DNA of 64,000 bases, from the NCBI GenBank assembly GCA_905178155.1, contig CAJINV010000006.1:2520658-2584657 (forward strand), read 5' to 3'. Below are positions 12,648-24,200 of this stretch, piece after piece. This DNA comes from Amoebophrya sp. A120 (taxonomy: Eukaryota; Protista; Dinoflagellata). The notes under the pieces were generated by a model. That model saw nothing but the letters and a program-made list of their open reading frames with translations. It ran no database searches and was not told the origin of the DNA. A program made the translations under genes and the position numbers. Position 1 is the first letter of the stretch. The number at the start of each line of letters is the position of its first letter.

Positions 12648-14905
12648 TCACAATTCCGCCGTGCCCGACCCCTTCGCCTTCAGGTTCAAAAACCGCTTGG
12701 CGTGACCTGTTTTGTTGGAAGTTTGTGTTTGTCATGCGGAGGGTTGCAAGGGGAGTTGATTTTGTCATGCACAGGACAACAACTTCACCTTGAATTATTG
12801 CAACACAACTTCTATACCCACGATCATGTGATCCACATCGGCATTGTGACCGCCACCGTTCAGTTATCGATTAGAAAAATTCTGCTAGCATTGTGTTTCG
12901 ATCGAACATATTTCTCACGCAGTTCCTTTTGTAGGAGGAAAAAATCTGTCAAGGCATCAAATGCCAAGGATAGGACGACGGTAAAAGAGTGAATTATTGG
13001 CAACATAGTACTATGCACGTCGTGCATTCGCCCATGACAGATTCTTGAACAACAGCAACAGCATGCAATATCGCATGACAAACTGGATGAAAAATCTTCG
13101 TTCCTCATGCTAGCAAATTTTCCAACACCATAGCACTTTCAGGTCGCACCGGCCCGAGTCCAGGTAGTACACCCAATGGTAGCACTCGTTGTTCGCTTCG
13201 CTGTTGTGAGATTTTATATCCATCGCATGTTGATCATGCATCACAAACGCCTTCATGAAAACGCATCATGCATGACAAACTGAAACTCCGCCCGTAGTGT
13301 AAGTTGTAAACAAGTAAATTACCAGTGGTCCGCGCAGCCATGGGCAGTCAGGTGATCCTCGTGGATAATTCCGTGCGCCAAATCGCCGTACAGCCAACTG
13401 CCGACCATCCAGGGGTATGGAGAGGAAGATCGAGAAACTTGTGCTTGTCTAATGCACAAACAGCATGACAGAAAACTATAGCTATAGCGACCCCGCGGAC
13501 GAGGTTTGGTGATGCGCATTCCGCATTGCAAAAAATTTTTTGCACCATGTTGATGTATTCATGCTGTTTGATGCACTAAACACAGTCCTTCTATGGCTTT
13601 TTCTCTTTTCATAAGTGGTGCCCCGCGTTCTTCATCTTCTGATTTTCCTCCACCTTTTCCCGTAGCAAGCGGCGCAACTAATTTATATTTTTGTCATCAT
13701 GCGGAATTTCAATTACATATTTTTCGATAAGTAGACCAGATGAACGCGCAAGGACATAGATGAAACTTGTCATGCGCAGCCGGAATGGCTAACTCATCCT
13801 GTGATGCAAAATCTACATGCGAAAACACTTTAATATACTCTTGTCTTCTCCTGTTCCTGCGTTGCGTGTGCCAGCTTGTCCATGATCTGCACTATGCCAC
13901 AGAAAAAGACAAGCAGCGCAGATCATTTGTAATGCAAAAATACCTACGCAAACAAATCTCTCTATCTTGTGTGTTCTATAGGGTCGCGCATGACAGATTT
14001 TTCTCTATATTTATTTTCGCATCACAAATCTGTCCTGCCCGTCTTTTTCCGTTGGATATGCACCTCCTCTTGCATCACCGGCTCCGGCTCCGCCGCGGGT
14101 GGTGGTGGTGGCGGCGGGGGTGGGGGCGGTGGGGGCGCCGCCTCCACGACGGGTTCGGGTTCCTCCACCACCGGGGGCTCCTCGGGTATCCTATGTAAGA
14201 ACGTCCCCACAAGACCATAGTGCTTGTCATGCAAGTCTGCATTTGCTGAACACATTTCTCATGCGGAGCCCCATGAGAAGCATAGTTTTCTAGTCGTGTT
14301 CTTTCGGAGTTTGTCATGCTAGGATCAGCATGATAGGTTACATCTGTAATGCTGAGAAACTAATCCATACAGAACGACACTACGAGGCCAGACTTGTCAT
14401 GCACAAAAACCAAAACTTGTTGATTTGTCTAGCAGATTTCCCATCTTGATGACTATGGGGTGCTGGGGACGTTTTTACATAGGATATCGGGCGGCGGCGG
14501 TTCTTCCTCCGCCGGCGGGGGCGGGGGCGGACCCTCGGAGTCTCCCGAAGACTCCTATCAAATGTAAAAATGTCTGGGTCTGGAAGATTGGAACTTGTGA
14601 TGCTGCATTTGGATCGCAAAAAAATCTGTATTGCATGAGCAGCAAAGGGAATGTGATTTTTGCTACGCGGAGATGGCATTTGTAATGTTGAATAGGCATT
14701 AAGAAGCCCTCAAAAAATCTGTGATGCTAGGGCACGCATCACAGACATCAAGACTCATGCAAAACCTGCATGACAAGTCTCGAAATCTTCCAGACCCAGA
14801 CATTTTTACATTTGATAACTCCTCCTCCTGGGCAAAGATCAGTTTCAAATCATTGGTAGCAAACAAGGCACACGACAGTGCCAACTGCTTCAAACGAGAT
14901 CTCAT
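12648..14905 (-). CDS. Secreted Pro-rich PAN/apple-like domain protein (paralog 2)
   Basis: Signal-like MRSRLKQLALSCALFA, poly-Pro/Glu region, then GSWLYGD...GCADHCEANNECYHWVYYLDSGRCDLK...DVDHMIVGHAKR...TAEL*. Canonical introns 13201-13322 and 12707-12817, four clear elements; junctions at ~13430-13840 are uncertain. Confidence 0.72.
12865..13132. mobile_element. Old introner-like element (singleton TIR type)
   Basis: TATCGATTAGAAAAATTCTGCTAGCA...TGCTAGCAAATTTTCCAACACCATA; DR decayed (tcagt/gcact); frame restored by element+5 nt. Confidence 0.75.
13893..14058. mobile_element. Introner-like element, family H
   Basis: TATGCCACAGAAAAAGAC...GTCTTTTTCCGTTGGATA; DR tgcac. Confidence 0.85.
14187..14486. 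mobile_element. Introner-like element, family B
   Basis: TATCCTATGTAAGAACGTCCCCA...TGGGGACGTTTTTACATAGGATA; DR tcggg. Confidence 0.9.
14556..14817. mobile_element. Introner-like element, family A (interior inverted relative to 3786-4057)
   Basis: Near-perfect 30-bp TIR; DR actcc. Confidence 0.9.
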
Positions 14906-16009
14906 GGTGAGTTTGTTCTTCTTCGTTACAAATTATGAGATTACTTTTTGACCTGCTGCAACCGTTTTTTCTGATGTTTATTTGCGTAAAAACCACGCTT
15001 GACGTAAGAACTACAAGATGCAGAAAATGAAAACCGATGCGTAATTATAAGAAAGGGTTTAGTGGTAGCTCTGCGGTCTCGGTTTTGATCCTGCCCGGGA
15101 TATTGAAGAGAGCCGTTTTACCGAACAAGAAGGTGAACTCGCAGAGGTCGTGCTCGTGAGACGTAAAAATGATAAAATCAGTATGTTGAGATACCGACTG
15201 TGATTGTTTCAGCAAAAATAGCAAAGAATTCCACTTAAAACGGGGTACTAGTACGGGGGTTTGGAGTCGTTCTGGAAGAACTTCTTCCTTTTTACAAAAA
15301 TCTCCGCAGTAGACTACACTCCCTGTTGTTTTTTACAGTTTGTTGTGTTACGTCGTGTTTTCCTTTTCCAATTCTAACCGTCTTAGTCTTGTCAGCATCT
15401 GCATGATGGAGCAAAAAAATCCTTCCTCGCCGAGAAGGCATGAGATGAAGCTGCGCGGCTTGGTATTGGTTATTTACTTTACATAAGCACTTACCTCACA
15501 TTATACAGTTGATGACTACTCGTCTTGGAAAAACAAGCTGCTGTAGTTGTTGCATAGGCCAGTCTTGGTGTTTTGTTTCTCTCGCTCTTTTCCTTGTTCC
15601 CTCGTGGTCCTCCTATCTCGGTAAGTAAAAGACTATACGTTTCTGGAACACGGCAAACGCAAAAAAAGTTCTCGTGCGTAGGTCTGCTCAGCGAGCGGCT
15701 AATATCAAGTCGTTCGGTTGTAGCACAGACAAAAACAACCGAATTATAAATCTGAGCGTCGTAGTACTGGTGCATTTTTGACTCGGCGTTGTCCCTAGCA
15801 ATTGCACTATCGCATCGTACACAAAAAAAGGAGACACGACCGACCGTGACTTTTATTTCATTCTATATGCATTTAGTTTATCTTTATTCAGGCGATCGCT
15901 TCATGATGTGCTTGACACCTCGTGATATGATATTCAAACCGTCGAGTTAAGAAGTGGTCCTCATCTTCAAGGACAACATCATCGATCTGCATGTTCGGAT
16001 TTTTATCTC

Positions 16010-19000
16010 TCAAATGAATTCATTATCATTGCCACAAGACCCCTCCATCATTTTCCAGACATAAGCAGCGTGCGCCCGCGCAGTTGCGGAGGTCAAATGG
16101 GTGAAGAGGTATAAGTGTGCGGAAGATGATGCATTACAACCTCTAGCGGACGTCGTCGTTGCTTTATTTCCAGTTTCCGCTACAACTCCAACTAATTTCT
16201 CCGCCCCGTAAACTTCGATAAAACCTTTCAACAAGTTGTATTCCAGAAACCGCAAAGGTGACGCGCCTTCTATTTGTTCAACATCATTACAACCGGAAGA
16301 TGACACTAATTTCATTCCCGCCGACTTCTCCAGCACTGCTGTCACCAACGTGGTAAGAACCAAAGCACTTTTATTTCTGTTCTCCTCCGCCATTGCCGGG
16401 TGGTGACCACTGGTCGTCCTTGTCGTCGTGTTCTTTTTCAAAGTCAGTAGCCCGGTGACAGCCTGCAATCCAGCAACCGCATTGAACTCTTCGATGTGGT
16501 TTTCGCAATAGGTCCAGAACGACGCCTCGAGTTGATCTTGATGTTCTCCTCGATGCAGATTCGCATTACAAACAACACCGCCCACGCCCTCTTCGCTGGT
16601 TCCTCCTGATCCTGCATGCTCCGCGCAAGCACGAATGAATTGTCCTCCTCGTGAAGAAGAAGTGCTGCTAGTTGTACCATTCCCACAGTTCCTTCGGCTC
16701 CACACATCGATAGCCTGCGCGACCGATTGCGGGTCCCAATTTTCTTCCAAAGAGTGAAACTTTAGAAAGAGTTTCGCGAACAGCGCATCGCCCCCACTCC
16801 GAAGCTTGTGGAAGGACCAGAGAAAATTGGCCGTTTCTTTCACGCCCAGTGTGTTATCTTTTTCTTCTGCGTTTTGCTGTGTCTGTGACTGGTAATCGTG
16901 CAATTCACCTGCGGACGTCGCCGTCAAATGCGTCAACAGTTTTTCCTCCACCAAATGGAGCAATTCCGAGTGAAAGACTTCGCACTTTGCCAAACTGTGC
17001 ACCGCCTGGCCAAGGTTGATTAGGAGGAGCTTGCTGTTTTTGTGCGCGCGTCGGTCTTTCGGCTTGTGAACGTCACTACCGTGACGTAATGAACCCCCGG
17101 TTCTACTGCTCGTCGCACTACTCGTCGTCGTAGTGCAACTAGTGCGACTAGAGGTCCTCCCAGCAGACGAGGCATCCGCTCCGGGACTTGCAACCGCTTC
17201 ATGATCTGCTTTGTTTTTCATGACCGTGCACAACACATTCGCGAGGACTTGGAGCACGCGGCCCGTGTTTAGGCTCACTGTGGAAGAAGTTTTACCGCCC
17301 TCGAGCTGTGCGGCTGCAGCATCAGGAACGAGGAGTTTTCTTTCCTCTCCGTCCTCCTCCTGGGAGGTCTTCGTCGGCACATGAGCATCCTCAATCCTTC
17401 CTGTGTAGTCTACTTTCGCAATCCTGTATCGCAAGAAAAAACTGTTTCACTGTGAACTTGTGATGCATAGAATGGAACAAATAACTATTTGTCTTGCTAC
17501 ACCTGCAAGGCATCGGATTTTTAAGCGTGTTTTCCCTTGGAAAGCGCGCATGGCAAATTTTCTGTGTCATGTGTAAGCAAACTTGTGATGCGGATCTTGC
17601 AAAACCATCACAGTGAAACAGTTTTTTCGTGGAATATCCTGGTAAAAGCGTTCATTGCCAGAGTTACCGTGCTCGGGTACTGTGCCAGGCTGTCCTGCTT
17701 CGCGGTCAAAATTTGTTTATGGCGCTCTCAAACGTTAATACATTCTCAACTGTCACATGATTTGTCATGCAAATTTACCAGCAAAATCGCCCCGATTAAA
17801 CTGCTTCGCATGACAAATCTCCGAAGGGCTAAACAGCATTTAAATCCGCGCCAAATCTGTAATGCAAAAGGCGCAATCTTCCCCCTTTCACTTCTGCCGT
17901 TCTTGCATTACAAATTCATGCAGCAGTTGAGAGTGTAACATTTGAGAACGCCATATTGTTTCGCGATGTGGTCGAACAGAGCGTCCCGGAGATTTGGCAG
18001 AGTAGAAGGTGATAATGATAATGAGGCTCGTGTAGTAGTTGATGACACAAGTAGTATCGCCGTTGGGATAGCGGAGTATGAGTTCAAAATGATTCCGCAG
18101 GACTCCACGGGAATGCAACTCTGGTTCAAAATCGCGATCGCGGACTTCTGCCACAGAGAGGCGAGGATATTCACCAATGTTATTTCGGTTGAGTTGTAGT
18201 TATCGGAGTTTTTATCATCCTGTTGTAGAAGTCCTCTACTTCTTCTTACCGGCACCGGTTCAGCACACGCACGCGATGTTGCAGGGACCGTAGTCGGCAG
18301 CTCCAATTTCCCCAGCGCGAAAACCAAAACCGCTAGATCTGTCACCGAGAGCGTGGGAAAATCCAGTTTTCTGTCCATCAACCGCAGCAACTCGGAGATA
18401 CCGGCTGGCTTGGTGACGTTTCTACAGTGCAGCGCCAGCTCCTGCTGGGATTTTCGCTGATCTGTATCTGCCTCGCGGTTTGGCGGGGAATGATGTTCTT
18501 GCCCCCTTCTAGTTCTACACCCAACTGCTTCATCTTGATTTTGGTGTAGAGGTTCATGTGGAGGTTCGTCTTGCAGCGTTCTTGTTGTCTTATGCAACTT
18601 CAACCGCACTGCTGCGTTTAAGACGTTGCAGAGTGCGAAATCCGGAAAGGCGGGCAAAATGTTGCAGTCGTCCTGCAACACCTGTAGGACGAAGAACGCG
18701 CCGTCCGGCACCGCAACATTATTTCTCGCGAGGAAGGTATCCAAGGAAAAAAGTGTTACAGTTTGGTACACATTTGTCGGAATTTCAGCATCACAAATTC
18801 GCTGCATGGCAAAGAAAAACTTGTAATGCGCAGACTATAAGGGAAAACACTAATGGAATAAGGCTGGCACGCGTTTCCTGCATGACAGAGGTTGCCTGTC
18901 TTGCTTGCCTTGCATGAGAATGTGTAACTGTAACACTTTTTTCTCACGATAGAAGGAGCACACCGTCTGCACTTCGCCGCCCGACAAGCAGCGCAGATTT

Positions 19001-19368
19001 GCGGAAAGCGTCTGACACGCGATCCGGGTCTTTTCCACGTCCCTCTTACCGGTTTTACGGAGCGCGCTGAGGGTGTGGAGGGCGAGTTTGGTGGCTGCGT
19101 GGCTGTTGCTGGTTGTGGGAGGGGTGGGGGTTGACGCCGTTTTGTCGTTGTTTTGACGATGTGCTGTCTTGTTCGCAGGTGGTCCACCGTAAGAGTAGGG
19201 TGGAGGCGCAGTGGGAAATCCGCGTGGCGGAGGACGCACTGGTGGGGCAGGATAAGAGTCCGCTGAAGGAGCTACCGAGGCTGCCGAAATGCTGCAGAAC
19301 TGCCGGCAGGATGGTGGCGCAGGAGGGTGGCGGCGGCGCCTGCGCAGTGCAACGTCGCGCCATCTCAT
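16010..19368 (-). CDS. Helical-repeat (OPR/HPR-like) putative organellar RNA-binding protein
   Basis: Arg-rich transit-like N-terminus (MRWRDVALRRRRRH). Repeats DLAVLVFALGKL, NLGQAVHSLAK, KETANFLWSFHKL, DPQSVAQAIDVWSR. Frame continuous across three elements. Confidence 0.65.
17427..17636. mobile_element. Introner-like element, family D (~210 bp)
   Basis: TATCGCAAGAAAAAACTGTTTCACTGT...ACAGTGAAACAGTTTTTTCGTGGAATA; DR tcctg. Confidence 0.9.
17718..17955. mobile_element. Introner-like element, family I
   Basis: TATGGCGCTCTCAAACGTTA...TAACATTTGAGAACGCCATA; DR ttgtt. Confidence 0.88.
18738..18951. mobile_element. Introner-like element, family E (~213 bp)
   Basis: TATCCAAGGAAAAAAGTGTTACAGTT...AACTGTAACACTTTTTTCTCACGATA; DR gaagg. 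Confidence 0.9.
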
Positions 19369-19419
19369 TTTGCTTGAAAGATTTCGCTTTGCTATTCAAA
19401 AGAAGGAACAGAGCGACTT

Positions 19420-21270
19420 TAGCCTGATGGACTCAGCAAGCGTTTTGTTTTATCTTTAAGAAATGCGCAATCATCAAGGCTGCAGCCACAGTGCCACAAA
19501 TAGAAAAAAAATAGGCGCCATAAATGCGCGAAAACAAGCAATCCAGGCTGGCTGGACAGAAAAAGACAACACTTCCCGAAGTACACTAAGACAACAAGGC
19601 GGCAGCCTGCCTCGCTGCGGTGAGACTGAAAAAAATGTAATGCGCCCATACGGAGCTAGGCCTCCAGCAGAATGAAGGGCCGCCTTCCTAGCAGGCCTCC
19701 AATCCGGCTAGGGCGCCTCCGGCGCTGCAGCTGCCGCCGGCGCAAACATGCGCCGGGGCAGAGCGAACCACCAAGAAATCGGGCCGGGCCCGGCCAGGCC
19801 GGCAGAATGAACGCAGCGGGGGGGGGGGGCGGAGGCCACACACCCACCACCCACAGGCGTGGGCCGCTCGCCCCACCGGAGCAGGGCGGGCCCGGTCGCA
19901 GCCTTGCGCAGGAAGACCGGGCGGCCAATGCCGCCAAGCAAGCGGAGGGGCGTCGGGGTAGTCCGGGGCCGGCGCGCTCCATCCAGCCGCGCGCTGTTCC
20001 GGGTTGCCGTCGAGTTGCATGTTGCCGCCGAGTTGCATGGGCGTTGGGCCAGGAGTGGAGTCGCTGAGGCAAAGGCCCCGGCCGCGACACAATACGCCCG
20101 CCGCCGGCCGTGGGGCCACCGGCCCGCCCACGCGCATCAGAGGCGCCGGGCGGCCGGAGAATCGGGCGCCAGGCTCCGCAACGATGCCGCAAGGGGGGGC
20201 GTCTTCGACAGTGGCGGAGGTCGCGCAGGTCGTTCGCCTTTGTAAGTGCCTAAGGCGCGCGCAGTGGCCGGGCTTTACAAAATACACAAAAACGGCACGC
20301 CCCTGCGCGCACGGCCCCCAGGAGGCCGCCGGATTCTACAAAACCCCTCGCGGCGTCCTGATACGGGCCGCGGGTGGCCTCCGCCTGACCCGCACCCTGG
20401 TAGCAGCGCGCCGCGTCGCTCTATATAAAAACGAAACAGCGCCGCAGACGTTCGGCAGAGGCGCGCAACAACCTTTCTCCGGCCGACCTGTGGTGGGCGC
20501 CGGGCCCGATACCGGCCCCGGCATTGTGGCCCGGGGTCGCAAGGGCTTCCGGGGCGCCGTCATCGTCTTCACCTTCCCGCCCAATCTGCATGACGTCGTA
20601 GCTGCTACAACGTGGCGCGGATCGCGCTTGCGCCACAGCTTCAGACCTTCCGACGAGGCGCCAGACGCGGAAGCTCGCGAGTGCCCAGAAGAAAATGCTC
20701 CGGCCGCGGCTCCTCCACCAAGTCGGGGGGCCGGAGGGGGGGCGCCCAAAAGTTCGAAAATTTGCGAGGGCCGGCCCTGCTGCCTTGCTTCCCCCCGCCC
20801 TGCGGCCCCGGCCTGCCTCGTTCGAAATGGGGCGCGCCGGCCTGCCATGGAAGCCCACAGTAAACCCCTTCGCCGAAATCCGGACGCCGGGGGCATTCCG
20901 AGACCCCCGAAGGGGCCCGCGCCGCAACCGGGCCACACGACGAAAATGCCGGCAAGCCTCGGAGGTCGTGCCACGCACACGACGAACAGGCGGCCTCCCC
21001 GTCCCTGTTCTCGCGGTGTCTCGCTAGCTTCGGGGCGGGGCGCTGGCACTGTCGGCAGCGCATGCGGGGGTGGGAGGTCCTCGGCAGGCTCCGGCGCGCG
21101 CGCCTTTTCTCCTTGATAACTTCCCCGCCACAGGCTGGCAGCCGTTAAGCACAGCCGCCCACGGCAGGAGGAAGCGCGCCACAGCTCCACAAGCAGTCCC
21201 CTAACTGAGACACGATACAACATTCGGCCGAGCCGACAACTTCGCACACCAGCATTCGCAGGAGAGAACC
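19420..21270. other. GC-rich island 2, no credible protein; probably a decayed gene or mobile element
   Basis: Abrupt rise in G+C, overlapping Arg/Pro/Gly/Ala-rich ORFs on both strands, no introner motifs. Confidence 0.5.
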
Positions 21271-21271
21271 T

Positions 21272-24200
21272 TCAAAAAGCGAGAACAACACAACAAGTTG
21301 CTACTGCCCACCACCAGGCTCCACAACTGCACAGCATCTTCTTGAAAAATCCTATGAGTTCGAGCGTCAGATACACTCCATTGCGATCGTCAAAAACTGA
21401 AGTAGTTCTGTTCGTGCTGTTCATCATTTCTCGACCACTACTATAACTAGACCCACTGCTGCCCACGCTATTTTGACCGCGACCGCTTTTGCTTGCAGAA
21501 GCTCCTGCATGTTGAAGTTCTTGATCACCTCTTATGATGGGCTTCACCAACAAAATTTCGCACAAATTAACCCCCAAGAATGCTCCTGTTGAATTTGCCC
21601 CACTACTAGCACCATTGCCGGTTCTTGTTGTAGGAACTTCCCCGCCATCAAAGTCCGCCAGGCACTGGATTTTGATCTTCTGACTCCCGTACCCGACCCA
21701 AATCGGACGCATCAACGCTGGCTGGGAGGAGGGAGCTGTATCATGATGTGTTCCCGCACTACTCCGCGTCTCCGGAGCCGCCATGTCCAGTTCCGCCCCA
21801 AAATCCGAAACTTTCATGGAATACGTGGTAATACGGTACCAGGAGGAGTTGTTCATCACGCTTCTCCCACCACCGCTGTTCTCCTGCCCGCCATCGGAAG
21901 CGGAACTAGTAGTAGAAATGGCGTAGATGGCCACCAGCGAGTTCGCGGGCGTGCACTGAATCTCCACCTCTTGGGGCGTCGCGTTCAGGGACGAAAAGGG
22001 CTGAAACAACAGCTGCGTTGGGGAAATCACCACCTTAGCGTTGTTCACCGTGGTGCTGGTGCCAACGGCTTGGGGAGGAGTGCGCTGTGCTGGCGTTGTA
22101 CTAGCATTTGACGAGGAGGACGCATAGGAATTCATATTCATCATCTTCGGGTTGTTAGTTGTAGATGAACCAGCTCCACCCCCGGCGACCGGAGCTACTC
22201 CTCCGGGTCTTGGGACTTGCACTGCTTTCGCCTGGGGTTGCAAGGTGGCGGCGGGAAAGTTGCTCGACGTCGCGTTTGCAGATGCAGCCGTGAGTCTGTT
22301 GGTGCTGCTGCGACTTCTGTATGCATTGCAAATATGTCTGGGTCTGGAAACTTGTGATATCATGAAGAGGCCAAAAGTGCTGACTAAGCATGACAAGTTT
22401 CTGAGCTTCCAAGTGTAACTGTTGCCTATTCTGCATGACAAACTGCGTTTCTGCACGACAGAAAAATGGGGCTCTTGGGTACGGTGCATCACAGACTTGA
22501 GAGTCTTGCTAGCCGAGCAATACAAGTCGCGCATTCTTCCAAACCCAGACATATTTCTTGCACTGGATATTCTGTACAAAGGGACCACGTTCTTCAAGCA
22601 CATGGAGCTTTTTACTATCCTGAGTAAAAACGTCCCCACCCCAGAGTTGTCATGCAGATTTGCAATGACACGGAAGTTTGTGATGCGCATACCCATGGTA
22701 GGCATTTCCAATCGTGTTTTGAAATTTGTGATGCTGTGAACAGGATGAGCAGATGAATCTGTGACGCGGCTGCACTTGCTAACCTGCACTACACTGCAGA
22801 GTGCAACTTGTCATGCGTGACTCACAACACTCCTAGGTTTGTGTTGCAAAATCCCCATCCTGACTCTGGTGTGGGTACGTTTTTACTCAGGATATTCACC
22901 GGCAAGTGGTCAGTCGCAGCGTTCGAAGCGTATCCTGCGCAAAAAGCTATGTTTATGTTCCTACACGCCCCATTATTCATTATATTTTTGCCATGCACTT
23001 GCACATGATATCTTTGCATATCCAACATCACATCTCCCATGCGGCTCCGCGAGGACACGGGCGGCATTTTCACGAAACGTAGATCCAAACTTGTCATGCG
23101 ACCACGTAGGCCTCGAAGAACTTCTGGATTTGTGTTGCACTTATACCTGAACCTGACTATGCATAGGGTATGAAAATTATGGGTATAGGGCATCATCTTC
23201 GGTCTTTCCCATGTGATAAAGCGACCCAGAGCGGTATGTCCACGTCGTACGTTTCGATGAGAACTTCTGGCCGTTTGCTACTGCCGCTTCCGCTCGTACC
23301 AGTGCTGGGACCGGTGCTGTAATATCACACGAAAAAAGTGTTACAGTTATTTGTTGTCAATTCAGCAACACAAATTTCTCTGCATGACTAAGAAAACTTG
23401 CAATGCAGAAATCCTGCGGGAAAATGCTTACGTACGAAACAGGGCTCCTATGCATATCCGGCATGACAGAGCTTGTCTGTCTTGCTTCGCCTGCATAGAC
23501 TATGTGTGTATCTGTAACACTTTTTTCTTGCGATATGTAATTGTCTTCGCGGATTATTTTGTACAGAATCCGGTCGGTGTAGGCCGGTTCGGATTTGCCC
23601 GCATCTAGCAGAAGACGAATCGGAGGTCTATTCGATGCTCCAGGTGGAGGTCCATTCGCTGCTTTGTGCTGCCGTAAATATTTGTACGTGGGCGGGAAGA
23701 AAATTTTCGGTTCCTGGAAGACCCCCAGGTAGGTCAGAGGCCGCAACACCGCCGCCAGGTCGTCGCGCGTCGTGATGGCGTTCGCAGGCGCCTGGGGCGG
23801 CGCTCCTGCAACAGCCTGATGGGATCCAACACCTCGGTAGGCCGCAACATCCTCCGGCTTCAGTTCGTAGGTGGCATGATTTGACATCATCACGTCGGGG
23901 TTTTTAATTCTTTTGCCGCTCGAAGATGCAGCTCCAGTACTACCCCCGATCATTCTCGCATTCAAGTCCCCGAAAAAGAGGAAGAAATCCGCGCCGGACT
24001 GTAGTGGATTTTGCTGCAGTTGCTGGCCACTGTAGTTACCGGAGTTTCTTCGGCCGCGATCGCCATTGGGGTCAGGCCCCGCGCCGCCCAGCACGCCCTT
24101 TCCCGCCAGCTCGCCGAAAATTTGCAAGACCGCCTGTTTGCGCTCTTCTACGCTTTCCGGCTTATCTCCAGACGGGAGATGGCAGTTGATCCCCGCAACG

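Noticed and set aside
20004-21247. Long overlapping ORFs (370 aa plus, 303 aa minus), and similar ones at 7221-8419
   Set aside because: Stop-codon scarcity in very GC-rich DNA; no recognisable domain
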